Positions 13,879 through 24,691 of a stretch of DNA of 64,000 nucleotides are shown piece after piece. Source of the stretch: Octopus sinensis. Taxonomy: Eukaryota. Each line of letters starts with the position of its first letter. Position 1 is the first letter of the stretch. Under the pieces are notes generated by a model. That model had not been told where the DNA came from. It made no database searches and saw only the letters and a program-made list of their open reading frames with translations. The stretch lies in contig NC_043008.1 in assembly GCF_006345805.1 (NCBI RefSeq), positions 61,876,001 to 61,940,000 of the forward strand. Reading direction: 5' to 3'. The position numbers were made by a program, and so were the translations under genes.

Positions 13879-14245
13879 TAGCAGTATCGCCCGGCGTTGC
13901 TCGGGTTTGTAAGGGAAATAACTATAAAGCATTTTTAGAGAGTTATAGCCAAAAAATGGAAAAAAAAATTATGGTAAATTTTTTTAGTTAAAAAGGTCGA
14001 GTTGCGTCCCCTAGACAGTCTGTGGTTTGTGTTTCTGATTCTCGACCCCATGTTGAATTTATCGATTTTTTTCAGAACTGGGGGAACTTTTCAAAATTTT
14101 CGCTGCGTTAGTTTTGAATTATGTCATTGGGCTATGTGTGTGTCAAGTTTCATCAGAATCGGTTGAAAGCCGTGGTCAGGGTGAGGGTACAACCTAACAG
14201 ACACACAGAAACACACACAGACAAACTACCGTTTATATATAGAGA
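13878..14245 (-). mobile_element. non-autonomous Helitron, complete (368 bp)
   Basis: On the minus strand it begins A|TCTCTATATATAAAC and ends CCCGAGCAACGCCGGG-cgatactg-CTAG|T: 5' TC, subterminal CCCG/CGGG hairpin, 3' CTAG, inserted between A and T in a (TA)n tract with no TSD. Confidence 0.85.
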
Positions 14246-14252
14246 TATATAT

Positions 14253-14544
14253 ATATGTATATATATATATGTATGTATATGTGTATGTATATATGTATAT
14301 AAATAGAGTTAAACACGCGTATTATTCGAATTATTTTACTTCCGACACATGTTTCGAAGATATCACAGGAAAAATACACACATCTATTTATATATGTATA
14401 TATATATGTATGTATATGTGTATGTATATATGTATATAAATAGAGTTAAACACGCGTATTATTCGAATTATTTTACTTCCGACACATGTTTCGAAGATAT
14501 CACAGGAAAAATACACACATCTATTTATATATGTATATATATAT
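14253..14544. repeat. 137-bp tandem duplication (2 copies)
   Basis: AAATAGAGTTAAACACGCGTATTATTCGAATTATTTTACTTCCGACACATGTTTCGAAGATATCACAGGAAAAATACACACATCTATTTA occurs identically at 14301 and 14438. Confidence 0.95.
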
Positions 14545-14595
14545 GTGGGTGTGTGTGTAGTAATAATACATATGATCATTGCAATTGCAGGAATA

Positions 14596-14784
14596 TGGCC
14601 TGATTTTTTTGAGATTAGGCGATTACATCAACCCCAGTGCAAAATTAGTAATTCTTTGATTGACCCCGAGATGACGAAAGGTAAAGTCGACCTCGAAGGA
14701 ATTTAAACTCACAACCTGAAGACGGAATATATACCGTTATGCATTTTGCCCGGTGTGCTAACGATTCTGCCAGCCCGCTGCCTT
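14596..14784 (-). mobile_element. SINE family B (diverged, near full length)
   Basis: Reverse complement of AAGGCAGCGGGCTGGCAGAATCGTTAGCACACCGGGCAAAATGC head plus core. Confidence 0.85.
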
Positions 14785-14800
14785 AACAACAATGATAATA

Positions 14801-14935
14801 ATCCTTTCTACTAAAGGCGCAAGGCTTGAAATTTTGGAAGGAGTACTAGTTGATTTCATTGACCCTAGTTTTTCACTGGTACTTAATTTGTCGACCTCCA
14901 AAGAGTGAAAGGGAAAATCAATTTTGAATTCAGGA
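14801..14935 (-). mobile_element. SINE family B, 3' part (tail variant 2)
   Basis: ATCCTTTCTACTAAAGGCGCAAGGCTTGAAATTTT...CACTGGTACTTAATTTGTCGACC. Confidence 0.75.
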
Positions 14936-14940
14936 CATAC

Positions 14941-15071
14941 ATTCAACCAGGTTTGACTTTGCCTTTAATCCTCTCGGGATCGATGACATAAGTACCAGTG
15001 AATCACTTGGGTCGATGTAATCGACTGATCCCCTCCCTAAAGGTTTCTGCCCTTGTGAGAAAATACGAAAC
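14941..15071 (+). mobile_element. SINE family B, 3' part
   Basis: GACTTTGCCTTTAATCCTCTCGGGATCGATGACATAAGTACCAGTG...GGGTCGATGTAATCGACT followed by a (CAT)n/(AAT)n tail; inverted relative to the adjacent copy. Confidence 0.8.
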
Positions 15072-15120
15072 CATCATCATCATCATCATCATCATAATAA
15101 TAATAATAATAATAGTAATA

Positions 15121-15149
<29 letters not shown>

Positions 15150-15151
<2 letters not shown>

Positions 15152-15630
15152 TTAATATTATTATTATTATTATTATTATTATTATCATTATTTATTTATT
15201 TATTTATTTATTGCTTTTAATTTGTATGTTTGTTATAGTCACTTCCCGTGATGCACCCAGTGTCATGGGGCGAGTGAAGGATAAGAGAAGTCACAGTATG
15301 ACTGAAAGCATGGGGAGGAGAAGTGATGAACTATCTTCATATAATACCAGACAGACATTTAAATGGAAATGATTTTTCTAAGGATGTGGGCTGAACTTGT
15401 CAGTACAATCTTTTTGATTTCTCTAAGACATGGTTCTCCTGGGATCTTATCTAGATATTTCTGTTATCCCTTTTTTATCATATCTAAGGCATCTATTATA
15501 ACAGGAATAGTTCTCGTTTTAAGATGCCACATCTATTGAATATCAATTTCCGGGATCTTGTATTTGCTTAGTTTGTCAAATTCCCTGATGGATATATTTT
15601 TATTAGTGGTAACACTTAAGTCTATTAATC
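15150..15630 (-). pseudogene. R4/Dong-like LINE 3' end (REL domain C-terminus, 3' UTR, (AAT)n tail)
   Basis: 15628 to 15359 translates LIDLSVTTNKNISIREFDKLSKYKIPEIDIQ*MWHLKTRTIPVIIDALDMIKKG*QKYLDKIPGEPCLREIKKIVLTSSAHILRKIISI*. Its 3' UTR (..AAGTGACTATAACAAACATACAAATTAAAAGCAATAAA) is homologous to that at 53760-53910. Confidence 0.9.
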
Positions 15631-16839
15631 TATAAGGTAAAACATCTACAGCAATGTCGAAGTATTCTGCTTTCCATGTCATTTTAATGTGCTTAAACGT
15701 CACTCTACAATATCCATGAAACCATCTGATTAAGAAATATCTTTTCTATGGCCACATATAAATGTCAAGGACAATTCATGTATTTGTTGCTGAGCTACAA
15801 ACTACAAGACAAGATCATTGCAAGATCACCAAGTAAGATCATGTTACTCTAACTTATACGTTAGATTAAGACGATCGCATATTTGTAGGTATGTGTAAAT
15901 CAATTTTGCATCTAATATTTCGGGAGGAGTCCCTTAGACTTGTAGAGTTTATTGCACTTTTTCTCGTTCAAAGGTCAGTAGTGAACCAGGAAGATTTGAA
16001 TATGATGTAACAAAACGGAAACCATTGCTTGCCAGTTATAGAACGCCATCGATCCTAGATCTACAGGGAAAAGATTGACTGGCGATTAAAGGAGGGAAAA
16101 GACATGTTTCACTTTACGAGAGGATTTGGTTTAATATTGGTATATTTTCACTTGAATAGAGAAGTAGTGAATATTTTAGATCGAACTAAACTTTGTCTGC
16201 TGCAATATTAATCTTGAAAATATTTACAGAAAATACAATAATACCCCAGTCGAATATCTTTATTCTGGAGCATTAGTCTTCAGTAATTTCAATGGTGTTA
16301 AACTGCAATTTCTAGTAGGTCGGCTAACACTTAGGGACTCCTTCATTTACTGACTTGCGTGGGTAACTATCACAGGGATATGACGCAGCTATCAAATCCC
16401 AATGATTAGCAACAGAATTACAGTGGAGATATACGTAGACTTATTTCTACAGCTACTCTACCCGTGCTTAGATCGATGCATGAAACACTTTAGACAACAT
16501 AGATATTCCAGCAGAAACCTTATAATCGGTTATATTCCTTCGTGTTATTCATTTGCTGATAAAAATTTCAGCCATAAGTCTTTATTTGATTTGTTAATGG
16601 ATCAGAAAATTTCCCCTCAAGCTGTACAAGCATATTTCATCATAAGTATCACGATGCAGCTTTATTTTATTACACATTATTTCAGGCATAAATATAAAAT
16701 AGTCTACAGTCGCTCACACAGTTGCACATTAAAACACATTAATGTGTGCGCAAGTCTGTATGCATATATCTACATATCTATATCTAGCTATATCAATCTA
16801 TCTAGCTTTCTACCTATCTATTTATCTCTCACTCATTCT

Positions 16840-16844
16840 TTCTT

Positions 16845-16910
<66 letters not shown>

Positions 16911-16917
16911 GCATATA

Positions 16918-16965
<48 letters not shown>
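16840..16965. repeat. compound (CT)n/(TA)n microsatellite
   Basis: Direct inspection; accounts for much of the 271-aa ORF at 16402. Confidence 0.95.
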
Positions 16966-16969
<4 letters not shown>

Positions 16970-17475
16970 CGTATATAAATATTCGCATATTGACTATAGA
17001 AATAATGTACAAATTCACTCGCACACACACACACACATATACACACATACAAGCATACATATGTATATATGTGTATGTGTGTTTATGTATGCATATATAT
17101 ACTTGCAGACAGCTCACCCACTGGGCGGTTTTCTACTGGTTATACCTGGAGTGTGTGTGTTTGTATTACAGATACATTGTGTGTTTGTGTGTGAGAGAGA
17201 TAGAGATAGATAGATAGAGAGAGATAGAGAGAGAGAAAGAGAGAGAGAAGGAGAGAACATTGCAAAACCTGAATGAAATGAACATGAAATGAAAAAATCT
17301 TTAAATAAAAGCTCGTTAGAAACTATCTTGTACCGAATATTTAAATTTGTGAACTTGAAATATTCAATAATAAAAGGAAGTTCAGAAAGCAAATATTCTT
17401 GAAAACTTCAATTTAGGAAGACATTCACTTGATTAGTGAGTATTTCTTTCAGTAATTTATCGTAGTTGTGATATT

Positions 17476-17866
17476 AAGGCGGCGAGTTGGCAGAAACGTT
17501 AGCACGCTGGGTGAAATTTCGTCTGCCGCTACGTTCTTAGTTCAAATTTCGCTGAGGTCGACTTTGCCTTTCATCCTTTCTGGGTCGATTAAATAAGTAC
17601 CAGTTACGCACTGGGGCCGATATAATCGACTTAATCCGTTTGTCTGTCCTTGTTTGTCCCCTCTGTGTTTAGCCCCTTGTGGATAGTAAAGAAATAGATA
17701 TTTTCTCTGTTTTTACATTCTGAGCTCAATTGCACCGAGGTCGACTTTGCCTTTCATCCTCTTGGTGTCGATAAATTAAGTACCAGTTGCATACTGGTGT
17801 TGATCTAAACGAATGACCCCCTCCTCGAAAATTCTGGGCATTGTGCCTAGAGTTAAAAGGAAGATA
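17476..17866 (+). mobile_element. SINE family B head-to-tail dimer (unit 1 tail variant 1; unit 2 headless, tail variant 2)
   Basis: Full unit 17476-17699 ends CCCCTTGTGGATAGTAAAGAAATAG, then restarts at ATATTTT...ACATTCTGAG...GAGGTCGACTTTGCCTTTCATCC and ends GGCATTGTGCCTAGAGTTAAAAGG. Confidence 0.85.
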
Positions 17867-18462
17867 TCTGTAATTTAAACAAACTTCAAGGTTTAGCATG
17901 CTAAAAATGGCAGTGATCACACAGTTATTACATCCATACCAACAAAATCACCACGTAAGTTTTTTTAAAAGAATTATACCTGGGTATTAAATTTTTAAAA
18001 TGTTATCAAAAACATTATCAAAAACAACCCTGTAAGTTGTACAGCTATTTGTCTAGTAGCATTCATTCATTCGATAAGTAATTTATTTTCATATTACGCA
18101 TATGGTATAAACTGTTGGTTTTGCAAACAGCGAATCCAACCTTAAAATGTAAACATTGAAATGAAATTATATTAAATTATCAGTAACGAAAATAGAGGCC
18201 ACAGAGAGTGAAGGACTGTTGCAAATGAAAACGGAAAATTTCGCCAGCAACGAATTAATATTGTTTACTAAATGTACTCCACAGTGAATGCAACGAATTT
18301 CTAAATTTGCGAAAAACATGTAGTTCAACTATTCAGTAACATTCAGAAATCGATATATATATATATATATATATATTTACAATATTTACGGGAGTATATT
18401 TTTTAGTAAACGCATATATAGCATCTTTTTCAGTTTTGATATTAATATTAGGCCCCATGATG

Positions 18463-18672
18463 AAGGCGGTGAACTGGCAAATCTGTTAGCACGCCGGGAA
18501 AAATGCTTAGAGGCATTTCATCCGTCTTCCCGATCTGTGTTCAAATACAAAATTGACTTTGCCTTTCATCCTATCGAGGTCGATAAAATAATTGCAGGTT
18601 GTAAACTGAGGTCGATGAAATCGATTTATCTCCTAACTCGAACTTGCTGGCCTCGTGCCAAAATTTCAAATC
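18463..18672 (+). mobile_element. SINE family B with 18-bp target-site duplication
   Basis: AAGGCGGTGAACTGGC head and core; flanked by AATATTAGGCCCCATGAT (18444-18461) and AATATCAGGCACCATGAT (18673-18690), 16/18 identical. Confidence 0.85.
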
Positions 18673-19467
18673 AATATCAGGCACCATGATTAAACAGTAG
18701 TGTTTCATAATCCTCCTGTCAGGTAGAAAACTACATGAATCAGTCCAAATTTCAGTTATAATTAACTCCCTTTGTTGATCAGTTGCTAAATTTTCCGTTC
18801 ACTGAAATAACAGGATTTCATCTATTTATCCTAATCGCAAATTTGGACAGGACTAGATTCGTTTGCCTAATCTGTAACATAACGAAGCAAGTACCAGCTA
18901 AATAATATCGTGTACAAACAGAAATATACACCAGTAGATTTATAGAAATATGTGATAAATTACTATCATATTCTTTTAATCCTCTTACCATCACTATAAT
19001 CCGAGGATAGATTAAGAATGACTCGATTTGGCAGCATGGTTTAATAGAATTAATTGAAGCACTTCATTGTTGTAAACAATACAGATGTAGAGAAAAATTT
19101 GCAAAACATGTTTTTCGGAAATTTGTTTTGGCCGTTGTATGAAAAGCAGAAAATATGGTGAGACATAGAGAACTATTATTCCAGTCGACGAGTAAATAAA
19201 TGAGATTTGTGTATAAATTGTTTGTGAAGGATGGTTGTCTTGTACGGATTTGAAGGATGGTTTCTTACGCTTATTTGTGTATCGTATTTTAAAATTCAAG
19301 CGATGAAGAAACATTTCCATGGTGTTTCTGCTTTCTTCATCGCTTTGTATGAGTTGTCCACGATATCCTGTGGGAGAGATTTCCTTGAGGCAAATTTTCT
19401 ACGTCCGAATGCCACTACTATCACATGCACTCAAATGCTTCCAAACAAGGCAATATTACTCTACTGC

Positions 19468-19665
19468 AAAGCGGTGAGCTGGCAGAATTGTTACTGTGCC
19501 GGATAAAATGCTAAGTAGCATTTCGTCCGTCTTTACGTTCTGTGTTCAAAGCTGCCGAGGTCGATTATACCTTTCGTCCTTTTGTGGTTGGTTACATAAG
19601 TATTTATAGGATTCTGGATTCCACTTAACCCCTTCTTGAAACTATTGGCCTTGTGTCAAGCTTTC
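19468..19665 (+). mobile_element. SINE family B (degenerate)
   Basis: AAAGCGGTGAGCTGGCAGAATTGTTA...GTGTTCAAAGCTGCCGAGGTCGA...GGCCTTGTGTCAAG. Confidence 0.75.
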
Positions 19666-20665
19666 AAGCTAATAATACCCCATAGCTGTATATGTTTACT
19701 TGTAATAATGTAAGTGAAAAACAATACTTATCAAATGCCAAAATATGGGCTCAGAAACGTCCACGTATATGTATGAGTGCGTGTGTGTGTGTGACTGCAC
19801 AACATCTTATGAAGGAACTTAAGAAAGTATAGTAGCAGAAAATTATGCGAAGTACTGTGCAATGAGACTGGATCAGGGAAGCAAAATTCTCACTTCAGTT
19901 AAGAAAACTTAATGTTACTATTAAGAATAGAGACAACACAGCTTTAAGGCACAGTAATTGTATTTTACAATAGATCGTATTTAAGTATAGCTATATATGT
20001 ATCCAAAACACTATCAACCCTTCCTCTCACCTTCTATTACAGCCCTACTACGTAGCCCATAATACACACTAACTCTTACGTCATTCTAAATGTGTCAAAC
20101 ATAAGTCATCGATGTCTTCCACCAGCCATAATTTTGAATACTATAGCAGTACTAAAATATAACGCAACAGGTTAAAAATGATGGCGTCATCAGGAAAATG
20201 TTGACGTCAGCCACATTTTAGAAATGCACATATGTTGCCATGTGTTGAGTACATTAGCATCAGTGGTTCATAAATAAAGCGGAAGATATCCTAAGAACTC
20301 CTCACCAGGCTCACGTGTCCCCTAAAATCCTCAGGGTTCATAGGGTTAAATCTCCACTGAATCTGTATCAGTGCCTAATTTCTCACAAGTAAAATATTGA
20401 TATGACACTGGGTTGTACATGCACCAAGACGTATAAAATAATATCCGAATATACGACTGGAAGCTGGCAGCAAATTTTATCTATAAACCTAACAACTGAT
20501 AGACACATATCATCTTTTCTTTTATTCTTTTAGTGCATTTGGTCATTTGATGGTGGCTATTTTCGAAGTACCACACACCGTACATTTTCTATTTTATAAC
20601 ATATTTTATTGATCAATTTTTCTATCGAATGTCTTTGCTTTACATTTCTATCTATGTGTGTGCGT

Positions 20666-20705
<40 letters not shown>

Positions 20706-20730
20706 TGGGGGGTGACATATACATGCACAT

Positions 20731-20840
20731 AGGCGTAGGAGTAGCTATGTGGTAACTAGCTTGCTTACCAACCGCATGGTTCCGGGTTCAGTCCCACTGC
20801 GTGGTACCTTGGGCAAGTGTCAAGTGATAGAATCCCGTCG

Positions 20841-20845
<5 letters not shown>
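20731..20845 (+). mobile_element. SINE family A, 5' part with internal deletion
   Basis: AGGCGTAGGAGTAGCTATGTGGTAAC...GGGCAAGTGTC joined directly to ..GAATCCCGTCG(TA)n. Confidence 0.85.
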
Positions 20846-20871
<26 letters not shown>

Positions 20872-20872
20872 G

Positions 20873-20904
<32 letters not shown>

Positions 20905-21957
20905 CATGTATGTATGTTTGTACGTATTTTAATATAAGGAGATGGAATGATGAGGCTTTAATCCAAATCACTACAATTAGTATCAGATGTTAATGGTTGT
21001 GTATTTCATATATTATATATGTTATTACATTGATATGACTCAACACTTAGCTGTGTACCTGCACATCTTCAGGTGAGTAGATTCGAGAGTACCAAATGTA
21101 TGTATGCATGTATCTATGAATGCATGTATGTATTTGTGTATAAATGCGTGTTTGTGTTGCAGCAAGAAGCATGATCACATTCTCCGCTTACGGAATTCTA
21201 CTCTCATAGCATTGGTCAAATCCAAACTACAGCAGACACAACTGAATACAATTCCTCAATGTATTAAGCAATATGATCAAATGTAAGGTGACGTGATTGA
21301 AGACCGAAATTCTCAACCAAATACCATCTGTTGAACATAATATATACTGAATAGTTAATTTGTAATTCGTTATTACTTTTGGTGTGTTTTTGGTACGTAT
21401 CCAACTGCAAACCTCTTGAGCTGAACAGCTTCGAAGATTACAATCTTTAAATCTATTACTGAAAATACTTCAGTTGCTAATAGGGTATTATGTTCTAGAA
21501 ATGCTACTTCAGTCAATGATCCGTTAAACAAGCACTCGGATAAGTAGGAATACAATCAATCTTATATGTTCATTTTGGCAAATACGGAAATAACTCTTAT
21601 ATGTTTAAATATACTTTGAAAACACTTGGCAACAAGGAAAAAATTATTGTCTGCTCAGCAGACAAATAGTGCAGTACAAATGGTGTTAAATGGAGTACGC
21701 TGATCCTGACTCTGAACTCAGAATTGTGGTAGTAGGTCAGGATTTTGAATTATGCACATAATTATTTATTAATTCTATATTAGTATCAGGAATAACCTAG
21801 TTCAAGGTAAATAACTATTATAATAATATATTAGTATATATTTATGTCCAAGGCAAATAGTATTATAATTTGATGGTACACTTTATTTTTTATATGCTCA
21901 GCTCAGAAAATTTTGAGACACTTGCTCTTGCACTAATGCCTCGCGCTGATCTGCCAT

Positions 21958-22328
21958 TATAGGAACCAGCAGTAGCCCCCCCCCCCCTTACGTATAGATG
22001 GAACCGGCCTTGATACCTTGTTTCCGTCCCAGGTATGTCCTGGTGAAATCTCTCACCATGCTTATAATTAACGATACCAAGATTCGTTGGAAAAAAGTTG
22101 AAATGAGAATGAAAGACGTGTATTTTAAGGGACATTCAGCATACCATTCTTTAACACGTTGTTAGCATGTTGTTTTGTTAAACCAGCATAGTTTTCAGCT
22201 CTATGGTTTCCAAGAAAGTTCTGTACAACTAACACGAAAGAATCCTTTGCCATCAGCTCGACTGGATTCAGTTTACCTCTGACCTCGTGTCCAGTGAAAA
22301 TACCTGCTTTCAGTTTTGCATCACTTTT
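21958..22328 (-). pseudogene. DNA transposase C-terminal fragment, Chapaev3/CMC-like
   Basis: KSDAKLKAGIFTGHEVR...VVQNFLGNHRAENY / NMLTTC*RMVC*MSLKIHVFHSHFNFFPTNLGIVNYKHGERFHQDIPGTETRYQGRF / YCWFL matches the widespread transposase motif MSLKIHFLHSHLDFFPxNLGxVSDEHGERFHQDI..ME.RYQG...ADYCW. The superfamily name is from memory and less certain than the transposase call. Confidence 0.75.
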
Positions 22329-22749
22329 GCAATAGGTAAAATAATATTATACAGAACAGAGTTTTTCGGCACTACATATCTCAGGGATGTCCTGCATTTT
22401 AAATAAATTATTTTTCTTCACAGACATTCCCCACCATCTTGTCCTCAAGTGCACTCTTAGCAAAAATGATACTGCAACATACGTTCATGCCAAACCTCAA
22501 TCAGGCGTTCTAGATGCACACACTGCTCATCTTCTCATCATTCCTGTTGAGCTGAATAACCCAGGCTCTGCCCTAATCCTCATGCTCAGTAGTACTTTCC
22601 TAGAAATTCGAAAATCTGGAATGTTCTCCATGCTACTATCTTATAGTGTGGATTTCCTAAGGTGCACGAATAACGTGTAGAACATCAATTTAATCGGTAT
22701 CGAAATACTTCTAGAACATGTAAGAACATAAAGGATCTTCCGTATGTAT

Positions 22750-22970
22750 TATTAGTTTCAAATTTTGGCACAAAGCCAGCAATTTCGGGGAGAAGGAATA
22801 AATCGATTACATTGACTCTGCCACTGTGATTAACTGGTACTTATTTTATCAAACTCGAAATGATAAAAGGCAAAGTCGACCTCGGCAGAATTTGAACATA
22901 GAATGTAAGTTCTGGTGGAAAGACAGGCTAAGAATTTTGCCACAGACGTGCTAACAATTCTATTTGCTCG
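22750..22970 (-). mobile_element. SINE family B (tail variant 2)
   Basis: TTTTGGCACAAAGCCAGCAATTT...ACTGGTACTTATTTTATC...GGCAAAGTCGACCTCGGCAGAATTTGAAC...GTGCTAAC. Confidence 0.85.
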
Positions 22971-23336
22971 ACGCTTTCTTGCATCTGTAATATTAAGAAC
23001 AGGAATCATATGATTGACTGGTATTTCCTTGCAATTAGCAGACAAAACATTGTCAATCACATTTTTTTCTTTTTTTTCTTTTTTGATTTTTCGAATTACA
23101 AATATACAAGCAACAATTCGTTGCTATCAGAATATTATTACATATGAGAAACTTAACTGCGTTTAATTGCAGAGAATTTCAGTGAGAGATTTAACTTGGG
23201 CGTATTGTGTCTCTCATAATCAGCATCACAACGTTATCTCTTTTCTAGCACACACACACACACACACCTATATATGTATGTATACAGACAGATAAACGGA
23301 CGGACGGACAGACAGAGAGACAAACAAACATTCAGA

Positions 23337-23354
23337 TTAGATAGATAGATAGAT

Positions 23355-23419
<65 letters not shown>

Positions 23420-23564
23420 GATAGACAGATAGATGGATTGATGGATAGATTGATAGATAGATAGAGAGAGAGAGAAAGATAGATAGATCGAAAGATAGGT
23501 AGATAGATAGATAGATAGATATAAAGATAGATAGATAGAGAGACAGACAGACAGACAGACGGAC

Positions 23565-23629
<65 letters not shown>

Positions 23630-23630
23630 T

Positions 23631-23673
<43 letters not shown>

Positions 23674-23682
23674 TGTTTCTTT
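23337..23682. repeat. (AGAT)n microsatellite
   Basis: About 345 bp of AGAT with AGAC/GGAT variants. Confidence 0.95.
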
Positions 23683-23897
23683 ATTAGCCACACAGGGCTG
23701 CACACAGACAGGACTAATTACAAGGTAGAGCTTTTCTTTTGGGGGTAACAAAAGGGGGTTTGGTTTTCGATCAAAAGGGATCGTTAAAGGAAAGAAAGAG
23801 GACAAAAGGGGGGGGATAAAAAAAGAGGGGGAAAGGAAAAGGAAAAAAAATAATCAATAGGGATCGTTATCACAGAAATGTCAATATGAAGTGTAAA
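23683..23897 (-). mobile_element. non-coding 3' end of a probable non-LTR retroelement, embedded in (GATA)n
   Basis: Minus strand ends CCTTGTAATTAGTCCTGTCTGTGTGCAGCCCTGTGTGGCTAATAAAGAAA, matching SINE B tail variant 1 at 27/33 nt; GATA repeats on both sides. No coding part is present, so LINE identity is inferred. Confidence 0.55.
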
Positions 23898-24642
23898 AGA
23901 TAGATAGATAGATAAATAGCTAAACACTTCATGCAACTAGCCGTAATATAGTTGCCTCTCTTTCTTGTTATCTGTAGAACTTATACTCTCCGAAGTGAGG
24001 TTTTGGCAGCTAATTGCTTGGCTCTTGGATATGATCATCTTTAGAACTTAATTCAGTTCTCTACATTTTAGTTGTGGTAATCTATTGTACTCAAATTTTC
24101 CATATGCAACAAGCACTTACTTAAGGAACATAGGTTCCGATATTTCAATATTGAGAGATATTGAATATATATATCCATATTTTCATTGAGCAAGCGTTAT
24201 AACAAACTATATAACAATTAGCCTACAAATGCTAAAAATTATAAAATGAGAGAGAATTAAATGCGTTAAAAAGTTTCATAATAAGAATAATTCTACAAAT
24301 TACGGAAGCATCAGTATAATATAGAAAACTGCAGGTATATACTAACAATATAATTCGTAATACACAAGCTACACAATGCATTACGGTGTGAAATTCAAAA
24401 ATATATAACATATTATATAATGTTTTAACAATATTACAGACACTGTAATTTTACTCCAGGAGTGTATTGTAAACATGATGATGTTTAGCAGAATACAATA
24501 AACACACATTCAGCTTTAATACAATAACACACAATAACAGGATTTTTATCAATACATTATCAATCAACACCTGCTTCTTATTCTTGTGCATCTAACCAGT
24601 AATACATATATATGTATTTATGTGTTTATATATGTTTGTATG

Positions 24643-24691
<49 letters not shown>

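Noticed and set aside
16402-17217. Longest ORF in the track (271 aa)
   Set aside because: More than half is (CT)n/(TA)n/(CA)n translation, and the N-terminal part shows no recognisable motif or convincing splice context.
20185-20215. CRE-like TGACGTCA sites (also near 39385) as a promoter
   Set aside because: An isolated 8-mer is expected by chance in 64 kb, and there is no TSS or CpG-island evidence.
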